The position numbers and the translations under genes are program-made. 64,000 nucleotides of DNA from Takakia lepidozioides. Taxonomy: Eukaryota; Plantae; Bryophyta. Positions 1 to 12,473 of this stretch are shown here, piece by piece; the stretch's first letter is position 1; the number at the start of each line of letters is the position of its first letter. The notes beneath the pieces were generated by a model. That model was given only the letters and a program-made list of their open reading frames with translations. It did no database searches and was not told the DNA's origin. The stretch spans positions 20,584,001 through 20,648,000 of the forward strand of contig CM060734.1 of NCBI GenBank assembly GCA_030704615.1, read 5' to 3'.

Positions 1-445
1 TCAAATCTGCCAAGTATTGGTCTCCAAGGACCTCCAACAGTCCTCCAACAACCCTTAAGAAGCTCCTCAAATCTGCCAAGTATTGGCCTCCAAGGACCTC
101 CAACAGCCCTTAAAAAGCTCCTCAAATCTGCCAAGTATTTGCCCCCAAGGACCTCCAATAGTCCCCCAAAGAGCTTAGAAAACTCCATAAGCCTGCCCAA
201 TATGGGCCTCCAAGGACTCCAATCGTCTCCAACCAGCCCTCACAAGGCTCCACATGCCTGCCAAACATTGGCCTCAAAGAACCCCAAATAGTCCTTCAAA
301 CAACCCCAAGCAGGCTCCACAAGCCTGCAAGATATTGGCTTCAATAGACCCCAAATAGTCCTCAAACAGGCCCCAATACCTGCAAGATATTGGCCTCAAT
401 AGACCCCAAATAGTCCTCAAAGCAGGCCCCATAAGGCTCCAAAAA
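1..445. repeat. Degenerate tandem repeat, ~55-70 bp unit
   Basis: Recurrent CTGCCAAGTATTGGCCTCCAAGGACCTCCAA-like unit, about 7 copies diverging rightwards. Confidence 0.8.
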
Positions 446-458
446 TATCCATAGTCAG

Positions 459-852
459 TCGATTTTCATCCGTCACTGACCAAATTTCATCCAAAACCGC
501 GATTTCTCATCCGCAGGTCCGATACTTCATCGATAGTTCATCCGTCGGTGCGATATTTCATCCACTGGCGATTTCATCCGCTGGCGCAGTTTCATCCGTC
601 GCCGCAATTTTTCATCCGATGGCACGATAGTTCATCCGCTGCCACGATTTCATCCGCTGACGCAGTTTCATCCGTTTTTCATCCGATAGCGCGATAGTTC
701 ACACGATTTCATCCGCTGACGCAGTTTCATCCGTTGCCGCAATTTTTCATCCGATAGCGCGATAGTTCATCCGCTGATGCAGTTTCATCCACTGCAACCG
801 ATTTTCATCCAAGAATGCCGATTCTCATCCACTGGCTCAATAGTTCATCCGA
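459..852. repeat. Short-period TTTCATCC(G) repeat tract
   Basis: About 20 copies of (AT/AG)TTCATCC at ~15-22 bp spacing. Confidence 0.8.
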
Positions 853-2033
853 TTGGACAATGGTGGTGCTCCCAACTCTGGGGCAATGTTCCCAATGCGT
901 TCCCACGAGTTCCCAAGGAGTTCCCAAACGTTCTCACGCGTTCCCAAGCTAGGGTTTGCGCTGCTTTGCCTCTGCGATTGCTGCAACGAGCTATGGCTTC
1001 TATGGAGCAACCAGAGGTGCTCTTCTTGAGCATCAATAGACCACCAAGAGTGCCTCTAACTCCCTGAGCAAGCTATTTGCCACACAACAAGCTCTCTTTC
1101 TCTATAGAACTTATTGAAACAAGCATAGAACAAGCTATTGAGCTTTCTATGGCATACCCTCTTCTAGCCATCGCATGCACTCATAGTGCTTCCTTCCATG
1201 GCCATAGTGCACCTCTTAGAGCTCATAATCCAGCCCTGCACTTGCCACTTCCATAGACATGCTCTTCCCAAGCTTGGGATTGAAACCCCAACTCAAAGCA
1301 TGCTCTACAAATACACTATTCTGCCCCAAAGAGAAATCAGATGTCTACCTCCACTCATAGCTCTCCTAAGCTTGAAGTTGAAGACTCCCACAAGCTGAAA
1401 CCATGCTCCACACATGCACCGCTTGCTCCCTTAACACCCGAGCTCTTCTTGAACTCCTCAAACCCTGCAACACTTGCAGAACAAGAGCTTCTTCACAAGC
1501 TCTCAAACTTTTCAATGGGGCTTTCCTTGAAGACCTCCTCTTGTACATAAACACCACAAGCTTTCTTCTTGCAAACCCTGCAACACCTTGTATCTTAAGA
1601 GCTATCTATCAAGCTCTCTTCCACACACAAGTGCTAACTATGCTAACACCTTGCACTCATAGATGTAAGCAGGTCTTCTTCTAGTGATACGGAAATGGTG
1701 AAAAGAGGAGAAACCACTCTATCACGTTATATAAGTCAAGCCAATGGCACCTTTGCTAAAGGACTCCACCATACAGACCTCACCCACTCTCCATCTCAAG
1801 TACTAGAGCTATGGCGGCGAGAGAGGCCTCGGGAGGCTCGACTAGAAGAAGACGAGCCTGCCTACGTCTCACGTGGAGATAACCTCCCCACGTCCCAAGT
1901 GAGGTTCGTCACCTCACTTGGCACATGGAACCAAATGAAGTCCCAATGCCAACAAAATACAAATATAAATGTATAATGTCATAATTAGCTAGAAATAACT
2001 ATTTCTAACTAATCACAAATAAAACCATGACAG

Positions 2034-2390
2034 ATGGATTGTTGGTTGACCCGAACTGCGACCCCATCGATTACGACGTCCTGTTCAACAATGTTCCCAC
2101 AGAACTTCTCCCTCATAGCCTCACTTCAACGGATCCCCTGCGGTATTCACGGACTCGGAGCCCTACCTTCATTCAGACAATTATGGAGACATGCACTGAC
2201 CTGGAGGGCACAGTGCTCGACCTCATCTGTGGGACAGGTATGCAGAATCTTGTACTATGTTGTTCTACAAATTTTCGTTACGCTTTAATTCGCAACATCT
2301 GAAGGGCCATGTTATAATGTGTGGATGGCATTGTAACAGGTGCCTCAATGTGGGCTGGTCGGTTTTCCGACCGGCACCTCTTTGCCTACG
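2034..2390 (+). pseudogene. Amino-MTase-like cargo gene fragment A, 5' part (two exons), cut by a Ty3 insertion
   Basis: Exon 2034-2237 encodes RSPTFIQTIMETCTDLEGTVLDLICGT; GT-AG intron; exon from 2340 encodes GASMWAGRFSDRHLFAY. Homologous to 27799-28351 and resumes at 20493 after the TSD. Confidence 0.75.
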
Positions 2391-3115
2391 TGTCGCGGCA
2401 CCTTTGCCTTGAGGGCAGGGGGTCGGGACACATGAGGGGCTGCCCCTGTGGTGGGGGCAGCGGCAGCGATAGGTATGGGGGGCTGAAGCACCCTTGAGTG
2501 CCCAAGGCACTCAAGGAGGCGGAGGCGCTCACTAGGTGGAGCCCCGCACACCGGGTTGCGGTGGGGGTGGCTCCACAAGGGGTGGTGGTAGCTTAGCGGG
2601 ACTTAGTGGGGGTGGCATAGGACTCACCATGGAGGCGGAGACCTCGTGGTGGGAGTCGTGGGGAGTCTTGGGACTCATCACGGTCCATAGGGGCCGTGGT
2701 GAGTGGGCCAAGACTCACCATGACTCATCACCGGGAGTCGAGGGTTTTCGTGGTGGTTCGCCATAAAATGCATGGCTGGTTGTGAAACCCCCGCGGACAG
2801 CTACAGAAGTATATATAGGGAGTAGTAAACCCCGAGAACTGTGCAAGCCCGTTGGTGACCAAAAACTAGTGAGTAAGCGAGTGAGCCGGAAAGCGACCAA
2901 AGAGTGGGGAGCTGTTTCGGACTGCCAACTACCAAAGGGAATTCCCGCTGGTTCCAAATCGATGGAGGGTTCTTTGGGAGTTCAAAGGGGCCGTTATGGC
3001 CATCGGTGAAGCAGCTGAAGCTCCAAGTTGGCCCGGCGGCCAGGTGGGAGTAGGCCGCGGCATCAAGCTAGCAACTATGACTGAAGGGGAGCTTACCGAA
3101 GTGAGGTGCGCGACA
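2391..3115 (+). repeat. 5' LTR of Ty3 copy 1 (725 bp)
   Basis: Begins TGTCGCGG and ends GCGCGACA; matches 19975-20487 and the LTRs of copy 2. Confidence 0.93.
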
Positions 3116-3169
3116 CTGGGATCAGAGCTTAGAGTTCAGTACGTGATCGTCCTTGGGATTGGCCTCATC

Positions 3170-6150
3170 ATGGGTCGGGCAAGCCAAAGCAAAAGCGGAA
3201 CGGCCCAAAGATGATGATCCTGGTGAGCCCGATGGGGGCGACGTGTCACCGAGGCGGCATTTGAGGAAGCGATGCATGTCTCCGAAAACGAGGCCGCTCA
3301 AGAGTGGGAGGAATCTGAGGAGTCAGAGCCCGAGGAATCCCTGAGAGCTCCGACCGACCAACAGATGCCTCCCATGCCGGCAGCCTTTTGGGAAGGGTTG
3401 TTGGCGCAATTTGGCGGGACGTTGAAGACGTGTTTTGAAGGCGCTAATGCCACTTCCACTAAGGCAAAATTTAAGGTGAAGCCCAAGGAACCCGGCACTT
3501 TGAGGGCGTCCGAAATCGGAAGGCACTCAACCCTAGCTCCTGGAGCTAAGTAGTACTTCCGGGCGGCCAAGTTGAGTGACGAGGACCGGGTGGAAGTGGC
3601 TCCCACCTATTTGAGGGGCTATGCTCAACAATGGTGGCAGAAACGCCTTCACGACCGAGGTCCAAGCCCGGAAACCTTGAATTGGAGTGGGTTCAAGGAA
3701 TTGATGCAAAGGCAGTTTGTGCCCCTCAACGCGTCCTGGCTTGCCCGGGACAAGATGAGGAATTTGAAGCAAACAGATGACATTTGGGGATATGTCCAGG
3801 CTTTCAATGTGCTGTTGCTCGAAGTCGTGACATGGCACATGGCAGAACCAGAAATGGTCTTCAACTTTGTGGCGGGACTAGCCCCATGGGCTAGGCAGAA
3901 GTTGGAGGAGAAGCCACCTAGACTTTGAACGAGGCAATTGAGACGGCTGAATGTTTCTCGGATGTCCCTAGGGGTGAAAGACAAGGCCGCACGGAGCTGA
4001 ACCACAAGAAGACCCGACGGGAAGGAGACGCCTTCCGACCGGAAAAGAAGTGGGATAGGCCACGCGGCGACAATGGCACGTGGAAATCGAAGGGAGGGCC
4101 TTCACAAGTCAAGGCGGCACCCGGTGCTTCAAAAGGAAAAGTGGGGGGAGCGGCCTATGGCGGACAGAAGGCGACCTTTGATGGAGTGTGTTTCAATTGC
4201 GGGGAGCTCGGGCACATGGCCAAGAAGTGCACGAAGCCCCGGCAATTGAACATGACTCGGGCGACCACAGAGCTGTCGGAAGATACCATCAGTCGCTTGG
4301 TGGAAGCGGTGGTTGCCAGGACTTGCAAGGTAGGCAAATTTTCTTGTGAATTGTATCAGAAAACTAGCGCCTTACGTAAAGGGAGTCAGTTATTGTTCGT
4401 GGATGGGATAATATCCGGAACTAACGTGTCATTGTTGGTGGACACAGGAGCGTCGCACTCCTTCATGACACTGGCAACGGCACAAAAGCTGGGACTCCCG
4501 ACAAGTGACATGGGGGCCTCTATTGAGGTGCGTTCTGCCAAAGGAGAACCACAATTGGCGACGAGGTTGGCGTTTGATGTCCCTCTTCAACTGGGGGGAA
4601 AGGGAAGGACGTGAGAACTTCACCGTTTGCGAGATCGATGGAGTGGATCTCATTTTGGGGATGACCTTTTTGAGCAAATCCGGAGCGGTCATAGATGGCT
4701 GCAAAAGAGTAGTCACGCTACCATGTGGGGATGGTGGCGAAGTCTTACGAGTATGGGAAACGCCCAAACCCGTGGGAGGGCGAATAAGCCTTCTGTCAGC
4801 AAGGGAGTGGGCCGTGGAGGAGGCACACGAGCCCCAGTTTTTGCTTTACATTAGAGAAGTGAAGGGAGAAGGCGATGGGGAGCCGAGCCCAGATTGGATC
4901 AAGGGGATTTTGGAGAGATACCAGGATGTAATGCCGGAGGATTTACCAAGCGGCTTGCCACCGCGAAGAGGAGTTGACCACAAGATTGAGGTGATACCGG
5001 GATCGGAACCGCCTGCCAAGGCGCCCTACCGGTTGAGCCACAGAGAGTTGGTTGAGCTGAAGACTCAGCTCAAAGATTTAATGTCAAAGGGGTACATCCG
5101 GCCGAGTAAGTCACCTTACGGAGCCCCGGTGCTATTCGCAGACAAGAAGGATGGGACGCTGTGGATGTGTGTCGATTACAGGGCTTTGAATAAGGTGACT
5201 ATTAAAAACCGGTATCCTTTGCCAAGGATCAACGACCTTTTCGATCGGTTGGCAGGAGCGAAGTATTTCAGCTGGATCGATCTGCGCTCCGGCTATCATC
5301 AAATTTGAGTGGCGGAAGGAGATGAGGAGAAGACCGCGTGCAGGACAAGGTATGGTTCATATGAGTTCTTGGTGATGCTTTTTGGGCTCACCAATGCACC
5401 CGCGACCTTTAGCACTGATGAACAGCCTTTTCCAGGAGTGGTTGGATGACTTTGTGATCGTGTACATCGACGACATCTTGGTGTATTCGAAAACAAAGGA
5501 GGAGCACCTGGAGCACCTCAAAAGGGTGTTCCAGAAATTGCGGGAAGGGAAGCTGTATGCCAAAGCTTCAAAGTGCGAATTCGGGGTCACAAAAGTGGAG
5601 TTCCTGGGGCATGTGATTACACAGGATGGGATCAAAATGGATGACAGAAAGGTGAGGGCGATCTTGGACTAGGAGCCTCCGACTTCGGTCCCGGGAGTGC
5701 GATCCTTCCTAGGACTCGCCTCCTATTACCGAAAGTATGTGAGAAATTTCGCCAAGATCGCGGGCCGTTGTCAGACCTTCTGTGTAAATCCAAAGTCTGG
5801 GTATGGAACACCTTGTTGTCGCCAAGCTTTTGCTGAATTGAAGCAGCAGATGGCGGAAGCTCCAGTCTTGAAAATCCCGGAGTTCGATCGGCCGTTCGAG
5901 ATTCATACAGATGCGTCGGACTTTGCGATTGGGGGTGTATTGATGCAAGATGGACGTCCAGTGGCTTACGAAAGTAAGAAACTTAACGAAGTGGAGCGAC
6001 GGTGGCCGATGCACGAGAAAGAGATGAAGGCGGTGGTGCACTGTCTTGAGCTTTGGCGCCACTGTGTTGGTTCCAACCCAGTGAAGGTGTTCACGGACAA
6101 TGTTACGGTGAAGTATTTTGCCACGCAGCCCAAGTTGTCCCCAAAACAAC
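3170..6150 (+). pseudogene. gag-pol (Gag, zinc knuckle, protease, RT, RNase H), multiply frameshifted
   Basis: CFNCGELGHMAKKC knuckle, LVDTGAS protease, [15 protein letters not shown] RNase H; split over several ORFs. Confidence 0.92.
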
Positions 6151-6200
6151 CAGGGATGCCTCGGCGTGAGCCTGGTCACGTGAGCGCGTGAGCGCGTGAG
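6151..6200 (+). repeat. Left imperfect TIR of MULE-1
   Basis: CAGGGATGCCTCGGCGTGAGCCTGGTCACGTGAGCGCG versus right-end reverse complement CAACGACGCAATGGCGTGAGCATTGCACGTGAGCGCG. Confidence 0.8.
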
Positions 6201-6834
6201 CGCGACTGCGCTCATGCCACGTCACGGGGCTCAGTCCACGTCATCACACGTGGAGGCCGAGTCACCACGCACCCAGAAAGAAGTGGAGTGTATTCCCGCG
6301 GATTGGCACCCTTTACCGCGGAAACAAGCTGGACGACATAATAAAAGGCATTGAATAAATGATGGATGAATGTACAGTTGGATGATAAACAGATGGATGA
6401 GTTTGAAAAATCTATGTAGATGGATGAATGACGGATGGATAAGAGTAAAATGGATGAATGTATAATGGATGTTGAGCAATGACAAAAATTCATGACAGGA
6501 AGATGCATGACCAAATCTTTTGACGAATGCACAAAGTATATGAAATGAGTGTGGAAGGTTTGTGGGGTGGATTAAAGAGTACAGAGGATGAATGTACAAT
6601 GGATGTTGTACAAAGGAAGCTTTCATGAATGGAGCACGCATGAATACAGTGTAGATGAATGCACAATGGATATGAGAAGAGTCAGGAAGGTTTGTGAGAT
6701 GGATTCATACATATAGCAATTTAAACGAAAGTTGATTCTGTGATTATTATTTGTTCTAAAGGAACAACTACGGTAGAGTAAGGGGATTCAACGTTTTCCA
6801 GATAATATGAAAATGAATATTAAAAGAATACAGT

Positions 6835-9800
6835 TCAGTCTGACTCAGAGTCAGTACAATGTATCCCCTCTTCCTCTGCATCTAAGTCTAAGTATTTTAG
6901 AACACCGGATCCACGCTGGATACACCTACGGCTGGCCACTAAAAAGTCAGGGGATAGGGACTCGGCCGCGTGAAGTGCCATTGCTTCGGCATAAACAGGG
7001 AGCAGAAAATTGGAAAGGGGGCTGTCGAAAACAGACTCGCCAGAAATGACTGTATCTCCTGAAGATCCACCGCTGCCTTTCCTGAAAGACAGCCTGAAAA
7101 AGTTATTACTGTAACTTTGATGTTATCGAGAAATTGAGTATGACTCCCAAAGAGGGTTTAGCACTTACTCACATGAAAAGTCGTTGTCGACCTGCTTATC
7201 TTCGGGATCGTCATCATTTCGAATATGAATCCGATCAGTCTGTGTGCCTGAAGTGGAGCCAGACAAAAGGGGGAGGAGCACTGTGTTGTAGAGGTCAGAA
7301 TCACCCTCCATACCAAAAAGGCTTCTTCCGCCTGCCTTGCATGCGTGGTAAGTTGCTCCTGCACCAGACAGGAGAACATAAGCAGTTTGGAGGAGGGGAT
7401 TTAAGCAGATGAAACTGTTGAAAGGAAACCAATTCGGAAGGGAGAAAACGAACCTGTGGACACAGAAAGATCGACCACCCGTGCAGAGCGGTGGCTGCAT
7501 GACTCCAGCAGTATTTGCATGAATGCTGGTGACTTTTCCTTTGCACCTCTCCAGGGAGTGCCATCTGGTCTCTTCAGAGTCTGACTGGACTGCATGAAGT
7601 TGTACAAAATGTCATCGACATGGGGCTCATAGGGGGGGTTGACGAAACAACCCTGGTCAGAAATCTCAAAGCTGCGGATGGAGGATGGTGTCTTTGATGT
7701 GCGAATCCTCCGCAGGCAGATCGCCTCGAACATCCTCGTCTGCCAAAGATAGCAGGTTAGTGTGGTAAACACAATCTAAAGTGGAAGTGTGTACATCGGC
7801 TATTCAGAACTCTGACACCAAAAAACCATGAATCGTTGATGATCGGTGTCGATCATAAAACATTCTACTAGAGTGGAGCTGCAGAGAAAATTGAAACTCA
7901 TGATCAAAGCATAAGCAGAAGGCAGACGGCATACCAGCTGACCAGGGAAACCCCCTTTCACAAGGTAGAGGCTGTTCACACAATTCCATGTGCGCAAAAC
8001 TTCAAACCCTGAAGACTTGAGGTATGATGCCAATGCCCGACGACTATCATTGTCACATGACTGAAAAAGCAGAAGTGTCCCTGCATCAGAGAGGAAATTG
8101 TTACAGAACCCGAATACCCAACTCCAGTAGTTGTCCTCGAATTTGTTCCACCCTGGCGTCTTGCCCTTTGGAAGAACTTCTGGCACAGCCTGGCCATCCG
8201 GGATGTCGAGAATGACAATGTCGGCCGCATAAGTTTTCTGCACACCGCACACGAAGGTGGGACCTGTGCTCACCTGCAACAGACATGTTTTTTATAAGAA
8301 CGATGGCAAGAATGTTTTCAAAGAACGAGACTGAAATACTGCCAACGAAACATTCAGAGAAAAAGGAAAGAAAGTGGAATTCTCACCAGATTGAGGAATG
8401 AGATTATATTGTCCCAGGTAGGGGATGGCACCCCAGTGTATCCTCTCTTTCGACTCTGCATCATCGAAAGCCAACCCTCATTAACAATTTTCATCTCTCC
8501 TGCTGAATCAGAACGGGAAGGGTGTGGCTTGGCATCGAACACGCACTGAAGAGTGCGGGTATATCTTCCAGCACTAAAGTCCTGCCCACTCTCCATCTCC
8601 TTTTCATTCTCCTTCCCCTTGTCCTTTTCCTTCTCTTTGGACTTGTCTTTGTCCTTTGGCTTTGCTGGTGAGATGGCTATGACATCAACAGCCTTGTCTT
8701 TTGGTTTGCGGCCCGCCTTCTTTCCCTTCTGCGGCGTTCCCTGAGCATCAGGCTCCTTGGCAGCCAAGGTTGCTATGTTTCGTTGATACTCTTCGTCAGT
8801 CAAAGGCGCCAGCATCTCAGCGTTATTGTTCAAGTATTTCATATGCTGTTCTTGAAAGGTCGTGTGCTCAGGTGGGCAGTCAAGGTACCACCCACAGTCT
8901 CTGAAGTGAGAAGGACTCCAGTCCTTCAATATCCCTGCAGTATACATGGTTGGATCGTTTGCAGGGTCCGACCACATGTCAAGATAGTCGGGAATTCCGC
9001 TCAGGTGATTTCCTTCCATAAGCACATATTTCGTGTACCTGAAAAAAGGAGATGAATCCCAACCCACAAAAGCGCTCAGTGAGTAAGATGCAAGTAGAAC
9101 AGAAAGAATAAAACATGGATTGAAATGGCTCTGACAACTGCTCCAAGGACCTTTCAGGACCACACTACTGCTCCAGATATGAATGTCGTCAACGCCATTC
9201 AGAACATTCCATTCCATGACACTGTAAATACATCCTAATCCAGGTGAATGCAAATAAGCGATTAGAAATGACACAGACATAGAAGTGAATGTCGTCAACG
9301 ACATTCAAGAATGAAGCCAAATTATTACTGAAATGAAGCAAAATCACAGGATGGAAATAAAAAAATTGAGTAAGGAACCATCCAGGAAAACTCAATGCAC
9401 ATTCATAACGAACCTATCACTGAGGACCTCACAACATCACTGTATGTGAATGGCGTCAACGCCATTCACAAAAATACAAAAAAGAAACCAATTACTTAGC
9501 TCCCCAATCCATGAAAATTGAATTTGTCGTTTTTGAATAATACAGACACAGCTGTGAATGTCGTCAACGACATTCACTTTGGATTTCTTAAAACAGAGCT
9601 TATCAAGCCTCCATATTCATCGCAAGAGGAAAAAACAATGCAGAACAACTGAATGTCTGCATTGACATTCAGCAAAATGAAGTGATCAACCCTCATTGTA
9701 ACCTCTATGGACATTACAAAAATTTAAATAACCTTGAGGACCACACAACAACTCCGTATGTGAATGTCGTCAACGCCATTCAAGGACATTATCAATTCTA

Positions 9801-12473
9801 ATCAGGGACAATATAATTGCACCCTTAGATCCTAACCAGGTGAATTCATATACTCGCTTAAGAATGACTCAGACAAAGAAGTGAATGTCGTCAACGACAT
9901 TCAATCTGGATCTAAGATTGCAATCCATATGAAGCCACAATTTTTCCCAAAAAAACAGTAGAGTTTCAAGTATGACATTTCACCTGTACACAACTCGCAT
10001 CATGGCCCACTCTCCTCCAACCTGACTGTCAAAGTCGTTGGACCGTAAAATGTTACCATCTTTGGAGAACTCCCGGAAAAAAACAGTATCTCCAGGTGAG
10101 ACCTCTCCACTTCCTTATGTATGCCTCCAATGACATTTGGGGAGGGGAAACAATCGCAATGTTCAGGTCCTTCAAAGTCTGATCCAGCACAATGACGGCG
10201 CGCTTTTCGAGCTGCAAATAGTATATTTGTCAGAATTGCAAAAAAGAAACACATCACATACTTGAAGAGAAGAAACAGCATGTTCGAATACACACCTGAC
10301 TCCAAAATGTAGCCTTGTGGAGCCAGTTATCAAACACCAAATCACTGATTCCTTCCACCTTTGTGCCAGGCTGTATGGTGCTCTTTGGGAACTGATTCAA
10401 GTCCTTTACTGTTTGATCTGAGTTCCATATCTCCAGCCACCTTATTTTTGTTTGTGGGTCGACCATCGATATGGCCAGCCGGTGCAATTTCTCCTGCTGC
10501 ATCTCCGGATGCACATGCTTGTCATAGTGTGTTTTGATCTGCTGAAGGAACTCAGGACCAAGTCCAGGATCTACTATTCTAAGCTGCTTTCCGAAGGCTG
10601 ACATCAATTTGGTTCTTCGCATCTCAAACTCCTTCTTTATTGCAGCTTCCACACCCTTTGATGTCCTTAGTTCCTCTGGTGTAGTGCGGTAATATTCGGA
10701 TTTTCCCTTCTCAGCTGCCTCTGCCAGTTCTTGCTGCATTCATTCAAGTAGTGATTAGCTCCGAAGGGACTCTAAACATGTATTCGAAAAGTAAACAGAT
10801 TACAGACTCGGGCTTACCGCATACATGTACTCCAGAAACGCCTCTCGTGTCAAAGAATACCAAGTGCCTGCAGCTCTTCCTGTTTCGCACTTCTTGATGA
10901 TATTGGGTGGTAGTACTGTCCGAAAATCATCCAGCTTCATCAGACCAATCCTCTGAATTCGGAATAGTGTGTGAACCAAGCTTGTTGTCACATGCGATTT
11001 CTCTGTCGATCTGCAAAAACATTGAAAACATTGCATTCCTTAACACTGTTTTTTGAGGATCAACAAGACACTACAGAGGGAATGAAATCTCCTGGATGAC
11101 TTACTTGTTCACGTCGTGCATAGCTGTAAGAAGCCTAGCGATGTCGTTTCCTGGATCCAAAACCATTGCCTCCACAGCAACATGCTTGTCTTTGTCTTTC
11201 GAATGGTGTTTCTGAATGTATCCCATCCATGCCAGCAATCGGTGGTTGCCGTCCCAGACGTAGAACATGTGGTTGCAAAATTGCTGGGTGTTCTTTCCCA
11301 TCATGAGGCCCAGCTCGAACTCCTCATTGGCATCTTTCCAGCACTCATCCCAGTTATCACTGATCTCTGGAGAAACTAATGTGCTTTTCCCATTTATATC
11401 CGTCAGTGACACATAAAAAACTTGTGCACCAAGTCTATATCCATGCACAAAATCACTCTCCAATTTTGTTATGTCATGGGAAAGAGGTGGACGCACAACA
11501 GGCATTGATATCATCCGGCACAGAGGTATGTCCAGACGCCCTCCAGATACGAGCATGTCCCTTATAACCTCCTGAGAGTTTACCTTCTGGAATGACATGA
11601 GTTCTTTCACCTTGTCAAGGTAGTGCACTTCGGATTCATCTGCTTCATCTGTATTCTCTGAGCTTTTTGCGGACTCGTCCCCATCTCCAGATCCTTTCCC
11701 CTCTGATCCTGTAGGCTTCGACCTCACAGTTTTCTGCACGATGCCATTCAGTTCTGACTAAGTGATTTGCAAATAGTGAATGGCGGTAACGACAATCACT
11801 CTGTATCAAGGAAACTCACCATGAATGGTGTGAAAGAATTCAGCACAATCTACACATGCAAAGCCGAGACTGCCGTATTCAAAACAAAAGTGAGAGCGAT
11901 AGCGAACGGCGTTAACGACAATCACAAAAGATAACAACCTGCCGGATCGGTGTTGTGTAATGACATATATGTGCAACTGATTGGCGGCAACGACATTCAG
12001 TGTAGTTTAGGGAGAATAGTAAGTGCAGACTCTCTCTTCAAACACATAGGTACATAAATCTCATGAGCAGAATCGAATGGCGTTAACGACGCTCGCGATT
12101 CAGTAGTTCCTGCTAAAGAATGGAAGAGGAAGGACTCCTTGAAAGGCAATCACACAGACTATATGATAAAACTTACTGGCACCTTCTTAGGTTTTGAAAT
12201 TTGATCCCCTTCTGCAGCTTTCCTCTTCCCTCTCACATCTGCTGGAGTTTCTGTCTGCGCAAGGGTTTCTTGACCTTCTTCAGGTTCGGCGTTCCGCGTG
12301 CTTCCACCTTCTTCAGTGTCCCTGCGATTCATCTCTGCCTCCACAGGCTGGCGCACTCTTATCGCCGACTGTGTCGCAGCCGCTGCCTCAGTCTCCGTCT
12401 GCTCTTGTGAATCAGTCTCCGCGTTCACCTGCTGCCTTGGCCCTGTGTTCTCCAACAAACGACGCCTCGTCAT
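6835..12473 (-). CDS. 10-exon ParB/Srx-like plus beta-class N4/N6 DNA methyltransferase-like fusion (~1160 aa; one 1-nt frameshift at ~10080)
   Basis: Phase-compatible GT-AG exons 12473-12177, 11733-11105, 11010-10818, 10733-10296, 10211-9984, 9038-8387, 8273-7935, 7739-7454, 7358-7169, 7081-6835. FYVWDGNHRLLAW (ParB-type DGxHR); DIVILDIPDG (motif IV-like); EKSPAFMQILLESCSHRSARVVDLSVSTGATYHACKAGGRSLFGMEGD (motif X/I/II-like). Confidence 0.8.
9180..9903. repeat. Seven dispersed 22-bp palindromes TGAATGTCGT-CA-ACGACATTCA in intron 5
   Basis: Copies at ~9180, 9286, 9447, 9555, 9650 (degenerate), 9761, 9882. Confidence 0.9.
11777..12095. repeat. Four degenerate copies of the same 22-bp palindrome in intron 1
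   Basis: TGAATGGCGGTAACGACAATCA (~11777) and variants at ~11903, 11978, 12074. Confidence 0.75.

Noticed and set aside
853-1976. Possible LTR or internal retroelement sequence
   Set aside because: No termini, PBS, partner repeat or coding motif could be established.
6835-12473. Bacterial contamination or restriction-modification locus
   Set aside because: The gene has nine GT-AG introns, sits inside a TSD-bounded MULE nested in a plant Ty3, and has no endonuclease partner.
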